This document shows, one piece after another, positions 1 to 10,244 of a DNA stretch of 32,000 nucleotides (positions are counted from its first letter, which is position 1; every line of letters starts with the position of its first letter). Source of the DNA: Ferroglobus placidus DSM 10642 (GTDB lineage: Archaea; Halobacteriota; Archaeoglobi; Archaeoglobales; Archaeoglobaceae). The stretch lies in assembly GCF_000025505.1 (NCBI RefSeq), contig NC_013849.1, forward strand, positions 180,001 to 212,000, given 5' to 3'. A program made the translations under genes and the position numbers. The notes under the pieces are model-generated. The model worked only from the letters and a program-made list of their open reading frames with translations, made no database searches and was not told the DNA's origin.

Positions 1-243
1 CACGTCCACGTAATCGACGAAAAAGCGATGAGAATGAGTAAAAAAGAAAGGGAGGAGCTCGCTAAAGTGTATTCCTCCTACGGCATAGACGAGTGGGTAA
101 CGAATGGCGAGATGAGGCTTATAAGACTTCCCTACTCGCTGAACGGATTAGTTTCGAGGGTTTGCATTCCGCTAAGCGAAGAAGATAGAAGGTTCGATCC
201 GAGGTATGACGAACGGGCTATTCCGAAATTTCTTAAAAAATAA
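1..243 (+). CDS. 3' end of a gene entering from upstream of the window; archaeo-eukaryotic primase (PriS/AEP)-like C-terminus
   Basis: Frame 1 is open from nt 1 (HVHVIDEKAMRM...) to TAA at 241-243. HVHVxD and RLIRLPYSLNG resemble the catalytic strand and the RLPxSxH-type motif of AEP primase small subunits. This is motif memory only. Confidence 0.4.
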   Translation, partial: HVHVIDEKAMRMSKKEREELAKVYSSYGIDEWVTNGEMRLIRLPYSLNGLVSRVCIPLSEEDRRFDPRYDERAIPKFLKK

Positions 244-248
244 TTTTG

Positions 249-356
249 TTATTCCTTTTTAGCTTTTTCTTCCTCACCGTAGTAGTAAAGCTTCTTTTTC
301 TCGGCTTTTTCCTCCTCACCGTAGTAATACATCTTCTTCTTTTCTTCTTCTGCCAT
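249..356 (-). CDS. 35-aa micro-ORF MAEEEKKKMYYYGEEEKAEKKKLYYYGEEEKAKKE, made of two 14-codon tandem repeats
   Basis: ATG at 356-354, TAA at 251-249; it is below the ORF-track size cutoff. The 42-nt units (300-341 and 258-299) are about 34/42 identical. Four of the 8 differences are synonymous third-position changes, which argues for coding. A TATA-like GTAATAAA lies about 25-30 nt upstream of the ATG on the minus strand, suggesting a leaderless-type transcript. Confidence 0.35.
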   Translation of the reverse strand: MAEEEKKKMYYYGEEEKAEKKKLYYYGEEEKAKKE

Positions 357-541
357 GAAACTTAGTTTTTCACAAAAGTTTATTACGTTTTCGTTGTATC
401 TATCGTCCTTGCGGTAACTCCACTCTCAACACGGACTCACGATCGTTATTAGATTGTTCTTTCATGAATTTTCCTTCTTTTTCGAATAATTTACCGAAAA
501 CACTTAAATAGTAAAAATTTTAGAAAATTAAAAATTGCAAT

Positions 542-2830
542 TTGGTGGTTAAAGTGAAAATCTCAAGAATTTCTGTCTTTTTGGTATTTGCTGTTCTAAC
601 CCTTAGCAGCGTTGCAAACGCAAAATACGACCCTCCCGGTCCTCCAGCTGTTGAGGTGAGAGTGTGGCTCGTCAACTTCACACCCTTGGAGAACTTCGAC
701 GACGGAGCTAACGGCAAATCTGACATCCTTTTTGAAGGCTCAGCAGACGTTAAAAAGGGAGGAAAGTCGTACAAGTTATACTTCGAGTACGATTACGATT
801 CCGTCAGTGGAGCGATCGTTCCAAAAAATAGTAAGGGAAAGGAAGTTATGTACTTGCTCTACAGCGAGAGGGAGTGCTGGCCAGTTAATCTCGAAGTAGA
901 GGTAAAAGCTACTGATGTGGACAGCCCTCCGATAGACCCCAACGACTTCTTGGGGAGTGCGAAGTTTAAAGTCGACCCCCAGCTGAAAAAGGAACACTAC
1001 AGCATAACAATACCGGGGAAGTTCCTCGTGAACGTTTACGTTGAAGCCGTACCCGTTAGAGATGATGCCGATAAGTGCTCTTACTTCTTCGACCAGCCCG
1101 AAACGATGTCGAGCAGCATCGTGACGAAGAGCGGAACGAACATCTACGACTTTGAGCTTGCTAACATGCTGGACATGTGGATCGGTGAGAAAGGTTACGC
1201 AAATATGCTTGTCGTATTCCAGCAGTGCTTTGGTGGGGGAATGGCTGACGACATTCTCGACAAGCTCGATGGAGATATAGCGATTCTCTCTGCCTCCAAA
1301 CACGACGAACCAGCATACGGGTACAAAAATGCGGAGAGCATGGAGAAACAGAAGACTAACCCCTATACGAGAGAAGTCCTAAAAGGGTTGAAAGAAGATA
1401 AAAAAGCGGAAGATGTCGGTAAAAGTGCGGAAAAGAAAGACGAATTCAGCGCTTATGGAGCTAAGAGGTACTACGAAGGAGCGACTTCCGTCAGGAAAAA
1501 TGTCGAACATCCCCAGTACGTTTCCAAAGGAAAAGGTAACGCCATATCCCTTGGAAAGAGAGCGGATGGGAGTGAAGTTAAGAGTAAGCACGCGATTGTA
1601 TTTGGAGGAAACAACAACAAAATGAGACACTGGAAAAACATAGAGGAGTTCGTTGGACTACTACTCAAAAGCAAAGGATTCTCGGATGAGGACATTGTTG
1701 TTCTGGCTGATTCTGGAAAGAATAGTGGAAAAGCGTACGTTGACGGTCCCGGAACGAAGCAGGCTTTGTGGAACGCTATAAAAGATTTATCTGCTAAAAT
1801 GAACAAGGATGAGCAGCTCGTGATCTACGTGACAGATCACGGAAACCTCGAAACTGCGGATAAAGCTGTGAGGAAAGTTATAAACGATCCCGTAAGGCAG
1901 CCGATTCCTCCGAGAAATAACGAGCTGAAGGATGGAGCGCTCTGGCTTCTCAACGAAAGCTTTCTCAATCTGCTAAACATTACTGACGACAACGATCCTT
2001 ACCTAGCTTTAATGGTATCGCTCCAAGATGGAACGGAAGACATAAACGAGATCTCGGAGTTTCTTTCAAACGTAATCGTTTATCTGAACGGTAAAGCTCT
2101 GAAAGCTAACGAAATCGAGCCGGTTTATGCGCTCGACAACAAACCCGATTTAGATGCCTACGAAGTCACTTTCCCTATCTACAACGAGTCTCTTCTGAAA
2201 GAAAAGAACCTCATAGAGCTTGAGTTCGTCGAGCCAGAGGTGTTCGAACCCTTCTTGGTGGAAGTGGTCGTGATATCCACGGGTGCCATGCCCGACCTCG
2301 TCTTTGAAGAGTTGAACGAAAGCGATGTTGCACCTCTGCCCCAAAAAACTACGTTCGTAGTAGATTTGGATACGGTAGTCTCAACAGATCGTATCGAGCT
2401 GAACGAGAGCGAGATGGATGAGCTGCTTGGCAATGAGCTTTTCGAGCTAATAGTGGAGAAGAAAGAGTGGTATAACAACAACACTCACCTCGTGCCAGAT
2501 ATTCTAAAGAGCTGGTTCGGAAATGAAAAAATAAATGTCGAAATTGAGATGAAAGACGGTGGAGCTATGGACATCTACCTTGTTCTGGAGAACGCTTACG
2601 TTACCGAGCTTGAGAAGGGGAAGCTAAGCGATGCAACAGCCAAAGCAAAGCTGAGAGAAGACACGGCAAGGAGAATCCTTAACTCCGACGATCCGGTTAA
2701 GGAGATCCAAGACGCTTACGGCAGCGGTGAAATAAGATACGAGGGTGTCGGGCTAATGAAAAGCCTTCAGGTGGAGTTCACGAAAGTCATCGTGAGAATC
2801 TACTTCGTAATAACCGACTTACTGGGCTGA
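542..2830 (+). CDS. Secreted multidomain protein with legumain/peptidase C13-like (clan CD) motifs
   Basis: 762-aa ORF. The start is uncertain (TTG 542, GTG 545 or GTG 554). The N-terminal signal peptide ends ...LSSVANA|K. A Cys-motif block LVVFQQCFGGGM...IAILSASKHDEPAYG has C229 at nt 1226-1228. A His-motif block HAIVFGGNNN..RHW..GFSDEDIVVL...LVIYVTDHGN has H433 at nt 1838-1840. The C-terminal approx. 100 aa look SCP2-like, with low confidence. Confidence 0.6.
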   Translation: MVVKVKISRISVFLVFAVLTLSSVANAKYDPPGPPAVEVRVWLVNFTPLENFDDGANGKSDILFEGSADVKKGGKSYKLYFEYDYDSVSGAIVPKNSKGKEVMYLLYSERECWPVNLEVEVKATDVDSPPIDPNDFLGSAKFKVDPQLKKEHYSITIPGKFLVNVYVEAVPVRDDADKCSYFFDQPETMSSSIVTKSGTNIYDFELANMLDMWIGEKGYANMLVVFQQCFGGGMADDILDKLDGDIAILSASKHDEPAYGYKNAESMEKQKTNPYTREVLKGLKEDKKAEDVGKSAEKKDEFSAYGAKRYYEGATSVRKNVEHPQYVSKGKGNAISLGKRADGSEVKSKHAIVFGGNNNKMRHWKNIEEFVGLLLKSKGFSDEDIVVLADSGKNSGKAYVDGPGTKQALWNAIKDLSAKMNKDEQLVIYVTDHGNLETADKAVRKVINDPVRQPIPPRNNELKDGALWLLNESFLNLLNITDDNDPYLALMVSLQDGTEDINEISEFLSNVIVYLNGKALKANEIEPVYALDNKPDLDAYEVTFPIYNESLLKEKNLIELEFVEPEVFEPFLVEVVVISTGAMPDLVFEELNESDVAPLPQKTTFVVDLDTVVSTDRIELNESEMDELLGNELFELIVEKKEWYNNNTHLVPDILKSWFGNEKINVEIEMKDGGAMDIYLVLENAYVTELEKGKLSDATAKAKLREDTARRILNSDDPVKEIQDAYGSGEIRYEGVGLMKSLQVEFTKVIVRIYFVITDLLG

Positions 2831-2835
2831 TTGAA

Positions 2836-4119
2836 ATGCGGTACCTATTTTTCTTTTTACTAACAGCAATCGTGCTTACAGGGTGTGGAGACGATGACAA
2901 AAGTGCTGAAAGAGCGGAAAACGCGAACGAACTTCTATCACTTCTCGAAGATGCTGATAGCTATGTTGATGAAAGTATGCAAGCAATCTTAGAAAGTAAA
3001 TACGGTGATGCCAGGAGGAGTGCACTTATAGCTAAGGGCACAATTTCTGATGCCAAGATTAAGTTTGAAATTCTCAGAGATGGGCTTTCAGCAGAGGATG
3101 TAGAGCTTGTAGAAAAGCTCATCGAATACGAGGATAGATGGGCGACTTTAGCTTACAAAACCGCTAATATTCAAGAGCTGAGTGACGAGCTTTTCGCTGG
3201 AATAGATAGCGAAGAAGCAGCTTACATGATTCCAAAAGTGGAGCTGCTCGAAAGAGGAATGAGGGAGAACGCTGAGGACTGGAATGAGCTTGCGAATTTT
3301 TTGGAAAGAAACCTTCACATCCTCCAGAGGATGGGAATTGGGAAAGGAGAAGTCGATTCCATAAGGAGTCTTTCAGAATCAACGTTTCAGCTTGCAGATA
3401 CGCTTGTAGATTATAAATCCAAGCTCGTCTCTCAGCTTGACAACACATACACTCCTTTGGACGAAAGGGAAATCGAAGGCAAGGAAGTTGATAACAGCAG
3501 AAACAGCGAACTTATCACTCCAGAGGTCGCTGAGCTGTTTGAAAGCTTTGATAGAGACGGAAACGGAAAGCTGAGCATAGCCGAGGCAGAGGAGTTCTTC
3601 TACTGGGCTGAAAACAGCATAGCCTACAGGTACGACGATGAGAATGCGAAAAACACTGTAGCTGGCTTTAAAGTCGGTGACGGTAGAGATGGCGGGGACT
3701 ACAGACAGACTCCCGAAGAGACGATAAAAGAAAGAGCTGGAGATTGCGAAGATCTGGCAACGCTTGAAGTAGCTTTCTACAAATACTACGGCATCGAAGC
3801 CTACGTTGTCGGAGTTGACACAAAGATTCAGGGACTTGTCGATCACGCAGCAGCAATAGTGAAGATAGGAGATAACAAGGAACGGTTTAAGAAGGTGCTT
3901 GGCAACCTACTTTACTACGAGCTTGAAGATGCGAGAGATGTTTACGGAAACAGGATATCCCCCGGAGTTTACATGATCGTTGACAACACTTACTCTGGAG
4001 CTTTCGGATACATAAGCGGAGGAACGGACGCATTTATGATATACTGCATAATCCCCTTCGAAAAAGGGTATGGAGAGGAGTGGAATAAGATAGTGAGGAG
4101 CTGCGTATCCATGGATTAA
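2836..4119 (+). CDS. Lipoprotein with a canonical EF-hand and a transglutaminase-like cysteine protease core
   Basis: The lipobox-like signal is LLTAIVLTGC (C17). The EF-hand loop DRDGNGKLSIAE (nt 3550-3585) fits D-x-D-x-N-G-x-L-x-x-x-E exactly. The transglutaminase-like triad context is GDCEDLA (C304, nt 3745-3747), VDHAAAIV (H337) and MIVDNT (D383). The gene starts 5 nt after the upstream stop. Confidence 0.7.
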   Translation: MRYLFFFLLTAIVLTGCGDDDKSAERAENANELLSLLEDADSYVDESMQAILESKYGDARRSALIAKGTISDAKIKFEILRDGLSAEDVELVEKLIEYEDRWATLAYKTANIQELSDELFAGIDSEEAAYMIPKVELLERGMRENAEDWNELANFLERNLHILQRMGIGKGEVDSIRSLSESTFQLADTLVDYKSKLVSQLDNTYTPLDEREIEGKEVDNSRNSELITPEVAELFESFDRDGNGKLSIAEAEEFFYWAENSIAYRYDDENAKNTVAGFKVGDGRDGGDYRQTPEETIKERAGDCEDLATLEVAFYKYYGIEAYVVGVDTKIQGLVDHAAAIVKIGDNKERFKKVLGNLLYYELEDARDVYGNRISPGVYMIVDNTYSGAFGYISGGTDAFMIYCIIPFEKGYGEEWNKIVRSCVSMD

Positions 4120-4183
4120 TTCTGCGCTCTTTTTACGAAAAACATTTATCTGATTTTTGAACGTAATTTCATAGGTGTAAGCA

Positions 4184-4840
4184 ATGAGGGAAAGTACTAA
4201 ACTCCTCTTCGCTTTGATTCTTGTCTTCGTTTCAGTAGCGTTTGCAGTATACAAAACGAGGAGTACTACGAGCGAAAACGTTCTCGTAAGCAACTGGCTG
4301 CCCGTTTTGACGTTAACGCTTACCGCCGTTCTCATCGTCTTCGGACTCTTAGTTCTTGCCGGATACCTCAACAACAGGAGTTTAAGCAGAGGAGAGATGA
4401 GAAGAGCTATAGCTGGGGCTTTTGTGGCAGGTTTTCACGTTCTACTTGTGATTAGCGTAATCTTCTCGATTTACACGGAAAAAGTAGTCACGACATACTT
4501 AACAGCCTTGACGATGATCCTCGGTTTTTACTTCGGCTCGAGAACCGTTCAAACTCGGCAAGAAGAGGGGGAGAAAATTGAGGTAGAGAACGTTCACTTC
4601 GCTAAAAACGGTAGGAAAGAGCTGATTATCAGCGTTAGGAACCTCAGCTCAAGAAACGTTACCATAGACACGATTTACATAAATAAAGAGCCAAAAATCG
4701 TGAAAGAAAAAGCTGAAATCGCTCCCAAAGAGGTAAAGCACATTCCGCTGGAGTTTAACTGGATTGAAGGAGAGAGGTACGAGGTAAAGGTGTGTTCGGC
4801 TGAGGGTTTAAAAGCGACGACGGAGGTGAAAGCGAAATGA
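4184..4840 (+). CDS. Polytopic membrane protein (about 4 TM helices) with a C-terminal beta-sandwich-like soluble domain
   Basis: 218-aa ORF. Hydrophobic helices occupy the first approx. 120 aa. The beta-rich tail reads EVENVHFAKNGRKELIISVRNLSSRNVTIDTIYIN... Its stop overlaps the next start (ATGA at 4837-4840). Confidence 0.55.
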   Translation: MRESTKLLFALILVFVSVAFAVYKTRSTTSENVLVSNWLPVLTLTLTAVLIVFGLLVLAGYLNNRSLSRGEMRRAIAGAFVAGFHVLLVISVIFSIYTEKVVTTYLTALTMILGFYFGSRTVQTRQEEGEKIEVENVHFAKNGRKELIISVRNLSSRNVTIDTIYINKEPKIVKEKAEIAPKEVKHIPLEFNWIEGERYEVKVCSAEGLKATTEVKAK

Positions 4841-5208
4841 GCAAGTTGAGGGGACACCATCTAATTTGCTTGAACTTTTTTAAAGGAGAAGGTTACAGCG
4901 AAGAGTTCGTTGAGGCTGTGAGAAAAGCAGTGTCTTCAGAAAAAGTGGTCGTCGTTTCCGGTGGAGACGACGTCTGCGAAAAGTGTCCGAGCTGGGAAAA
5001 TGGGTGTAAATCTTACGGAGAGGATTACATAAGGAGGATAGACGAGCTCGCCTTATCGCTTCTTGGAATTAAGGAAGGTGAGGAGGTTAGCTGGAAAGAA
5101 ATAAGAGACAGGCTGAAGGGTGCTATGAAAACTTGGAGGAGAGAAGTTTGTTCTGAATGCGAGTGGCTCAAAGTTTGCAGAGAAACTGAGATCTGGAAAA
5201 GCGTTTAA
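4837..5208 (+). CDS. Small Cys-rich protein, DUF1284-like
   Basis: The N-terminus LRGHHLICLNFFKGEGYSEEF and a CxxC pair (CEKCP) recall DUF1284. It is translationally coupled to the upstream gene. Confidence 0.5.
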   Translation: MSKLRGHHLICLNFFKGEGYSEEFVEAVRKAVSSEKVVVVSGGDDVCEKCPSWENGCKSYGEDYIRRIDELALSLLGIKEGEEVSWKEIRDRLKGAMKTWRREVCSECEWLKVCRETEIWKSV

Positions 5209-5248
5209 ACGGCAAATCTTTTTATACAGCTCATCCCTCGCTTAATCA

Positions 5249-6022
5249 ATGTCCCTTTGGGAGTTTATAAAGAAGTATTACATCGATTCAATAGTTTACA
5301 AGCAAGGATACAACATCGTCAACACGCTGACTTGGGCTGCAATACTTCTCGTTGCTGCCTGGCTGATATATAGGTATCTCAGCAAAAGACTCTTTTTCGA
5401 TAAAAAATTCATGCTTTACACAGTTCCTTTCATCTTCTTCGGCTCCTCTGTTAGAGTTGTCGAGGATGCCGGCTTTCTTCAACCTCCAATCTCTTACGTA
5501 TTCATGAGTCCGATGATATATGTCCTCGTTTTTTCCATAGCTTTCCCCACACTGCTAATCGCTTTGAAAATGAAGAATTTGAAAATTTACCCTTACACGG
5601 GAATAATACTTGCTGCGATTCCTCCTATTATTCTTCTCACCAACCTTCGGATTGAAAACTGGTGGGTCTTTCCTGCTTCAATCGCTCTCGCCTTAATTTT
5701 TACTCTCATCTTCTCTACACTAAGCAAAAATGACGAGAGCAGAATAGCTTTTTTCTCGCAAATGCTTGACGGATCGGCAAGCTTCATAGGTTTGCAGTTC
5801 CTCGGGTACTGGGAGCTTCACGTTTTACCGAGATTCTTAATTTCTTTAACTGGACCATGGATAATGATTCCGCTGAAGTTCGTAATATTCTTTCTAATAC
5901 TGCTGTATCTGGACAAAGTTGACGAGGAGGAAAATTTAAAAGGATTCATAAAGTTCGTAATAATGGTGCTCGGTTTGGCTCCTGGCATTAGGAATGCGTT
6001 AAGAATGACCTTCGGTGTCTGA
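5249..6022 (+). CDS. Polytopic membrane protein (possibly the archaeal DUF63 type)
   Basis: 257-aa ORF with 6-7 hydrophobic helices. The family assignment rests on weak memory of the N-terminal YxxGYNxVNT pattern. Confidence 0.45.
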   Translation: MSLWEFIKKYYIDSIVYKQGYNIVNTLTWAAILLVAAWLIYRYLSKRLFFDKKFMLYTVPFIFFGSSVRVVEDAGFLQPPISYVFMSPMIYVLVFSIAFPTLLIALKMKNLKIYPYTGIILAAIPPIILLTNLRIENWWVFPASIALALIFTLIFSTLSKNDESRIAFFSQMLDGSASFIGLQFLGYWELHVLPRFLISLTGPWIMIPLKFVIFFLILLYLDKVDEEENLKGFIKFVIMVLGLAPGIRNALRMTFGV

Positions 6023-6563
6023 GATGATCAGATTCACTCTCGCCTTGCTGTTTGTCCTTACGACTCTCGCCTCATACAACTTTGCAATCGAAAATCCAGA
6101 TTCAGCAAAAGAAGTCGTGGATAGTTTGTTCTCTCAGTTTAATTTCGTCATAGAGCTTCCTCACTACCTTGTTTTTCTGGTGATTTTTCTCAACAACTCG
6201 ATAAAAGCGTTTTTAGCGATAATACTTGGAGTTCTCTTAATCCCTCCTATCTTCTTTGTTCTGACCAACGGATTTATCTTGGGAATAGTTGTGGGAGTAA
6301 AAGGGGCTGAGCTCGGTTTGATAAAAACTCTGATGATGATTCTTCCTCACGGAATTATAGAAATTCCGGCGATGATAGTTTCTGCAGCTTACGGAACGGA
6401 GGTCGGAATTGCCGTTCTTAAAAAAATAAGAAACGAGGAGATAAACCTTTCAAGAGTTTTTCACGAAAAAATTGAGAAGTTCTGGAAGCGTTTGCTTCCG
6501 GCTTTTTTAGTGGCTGCACTTATCGAGACCTACGTAACTCCTGTTGTGGCTAATCTATTTTGA
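6015..6563 (+). CDS. SpoIIM/DUF95-family membrane protein
   Basis: Contains NGFILG...ILPHGIIEIPAMIVSAAYG, the PHGxxExP signature of the stage II sporulation protein M-like family. It overlaps the upstream gene by 8 nt. Confidence 0.6.
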   Translation: MSEMIRFTLALLFVLTTLASYNFAIENPDSAKEVVDSLFSQFNFVIELPHYLVFLVIFLNNSIKAFLAIILGVLLIPPIFFVLTNGFILGIVVGVKGAELGLIKTLMMILPHGIIEIPAMIVSAAYGTEVGIAVLKKIRNEEINLSRVFHEKIEKFWKRLLPAFLVAALIETYVTPVVANLF

Positions 6564-7077
6564 TTCTCTTCTTCTCCTCCTTCTTAGGATACTTCTTCTT
6601 CAGAATTACCTCAAGAACACCGTTGTTGTATCTTGCCTTGGCAGATTCCGGATCTACTTCAGCCGGTAAGTCAACTACCTCGTAGTACCTTCTGTTCTCT
6701 CCCTCCGCTTTAATCTCGAGCTTGGTTTCGCTTGCGTTAACCTCTATGTCCTCCTTGCTAACTCCGGGCATTTCCGCAATTACTTGCACTTCATCGTCCG
6801 TCTCTATCACATCAACGAGTGGCTTTCTCTCTTCGACTCCAGCCTCTCTTATCACTGGCTTCGTTCCGAACTCTCTTATCTCTGGCTTTCCGTCGGGTCC
6901 TATTCTAATGCTGAATCCTCTGACTATCGGCTTTATTTCACCGCTCTCCGCTTTCCTCACTATCTCTTCGAAGTCCCTCATCATTCTCTCGAATATCTCG
7001 TCGAACATCTCGAACTCTCTACCAAAAAATTCCTCGAAAAATTCATCAAACCAATCCCACCTTCTCCTTCTCCTCAT
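6550..7077 (-). CDS. hsp20: Small heat-shock protein, Hsp20/alpha-crystallin family
   Basis: 175 aa. The alpha-crystallin core reads VDVIETDDEVQVIAEMPGVSKEDIEV...RYYEVVDLPAEVDPESAKARYNNGVLEVIL. It is the last gene of the hsr1-cdc48-hsp20 operon. Confidence 0.9.
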   Translation of the reverse strand: MRRRRRWDWFDEFFEEFFGREFEMFDEIFERMMRDFEEIVRKAESGEIKPIVRGFSIRIGPDGKPEIREFGTKPVIREAGVEERKPLVDVIETDDEVQVIAEMPGVSKEDIEVNASETKLEIKAEGENRRYYEVVDLPAEVDPESAKARYNNGVLEVILKKKYPKKEEKKRIKID

Positions 7078-7088
7078 ACTTCATCACC

Positions 7089-10117
<3,029 letters not shown>

Positions 10118-10153
10118 ACTCCCTTACCCTCACTGGCAATTAATCTTATCTGG

Positions 10154-10174
10154 TTACTAACTTTGTGTTAGTAA
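10154..10174. promoter_or_regulatory. Palindromic operator TTACTAAC-TTTGT-GTTAGTAA (CTAAC-N5-GTTAG) in the hsr1 promoter
   Basis: CTAAC is at 10157-10161 and GTTAG at 10167-10171. A minus-strand TATA box TTTATATA (plus strand 10181-10188) lies just upstream. The palindrome therefore sits roughly over the expected transcription start, 40-55 nt upstream of the ATG at 10117. Confidence 0.6.
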
Positions 10175-10244
10175 ATTGAATATATAAATTTTTTGGTTGG
10201 GTAATAAGAGTTGTGACTTTACCCTCTTCAGAATATTCTTCAGA

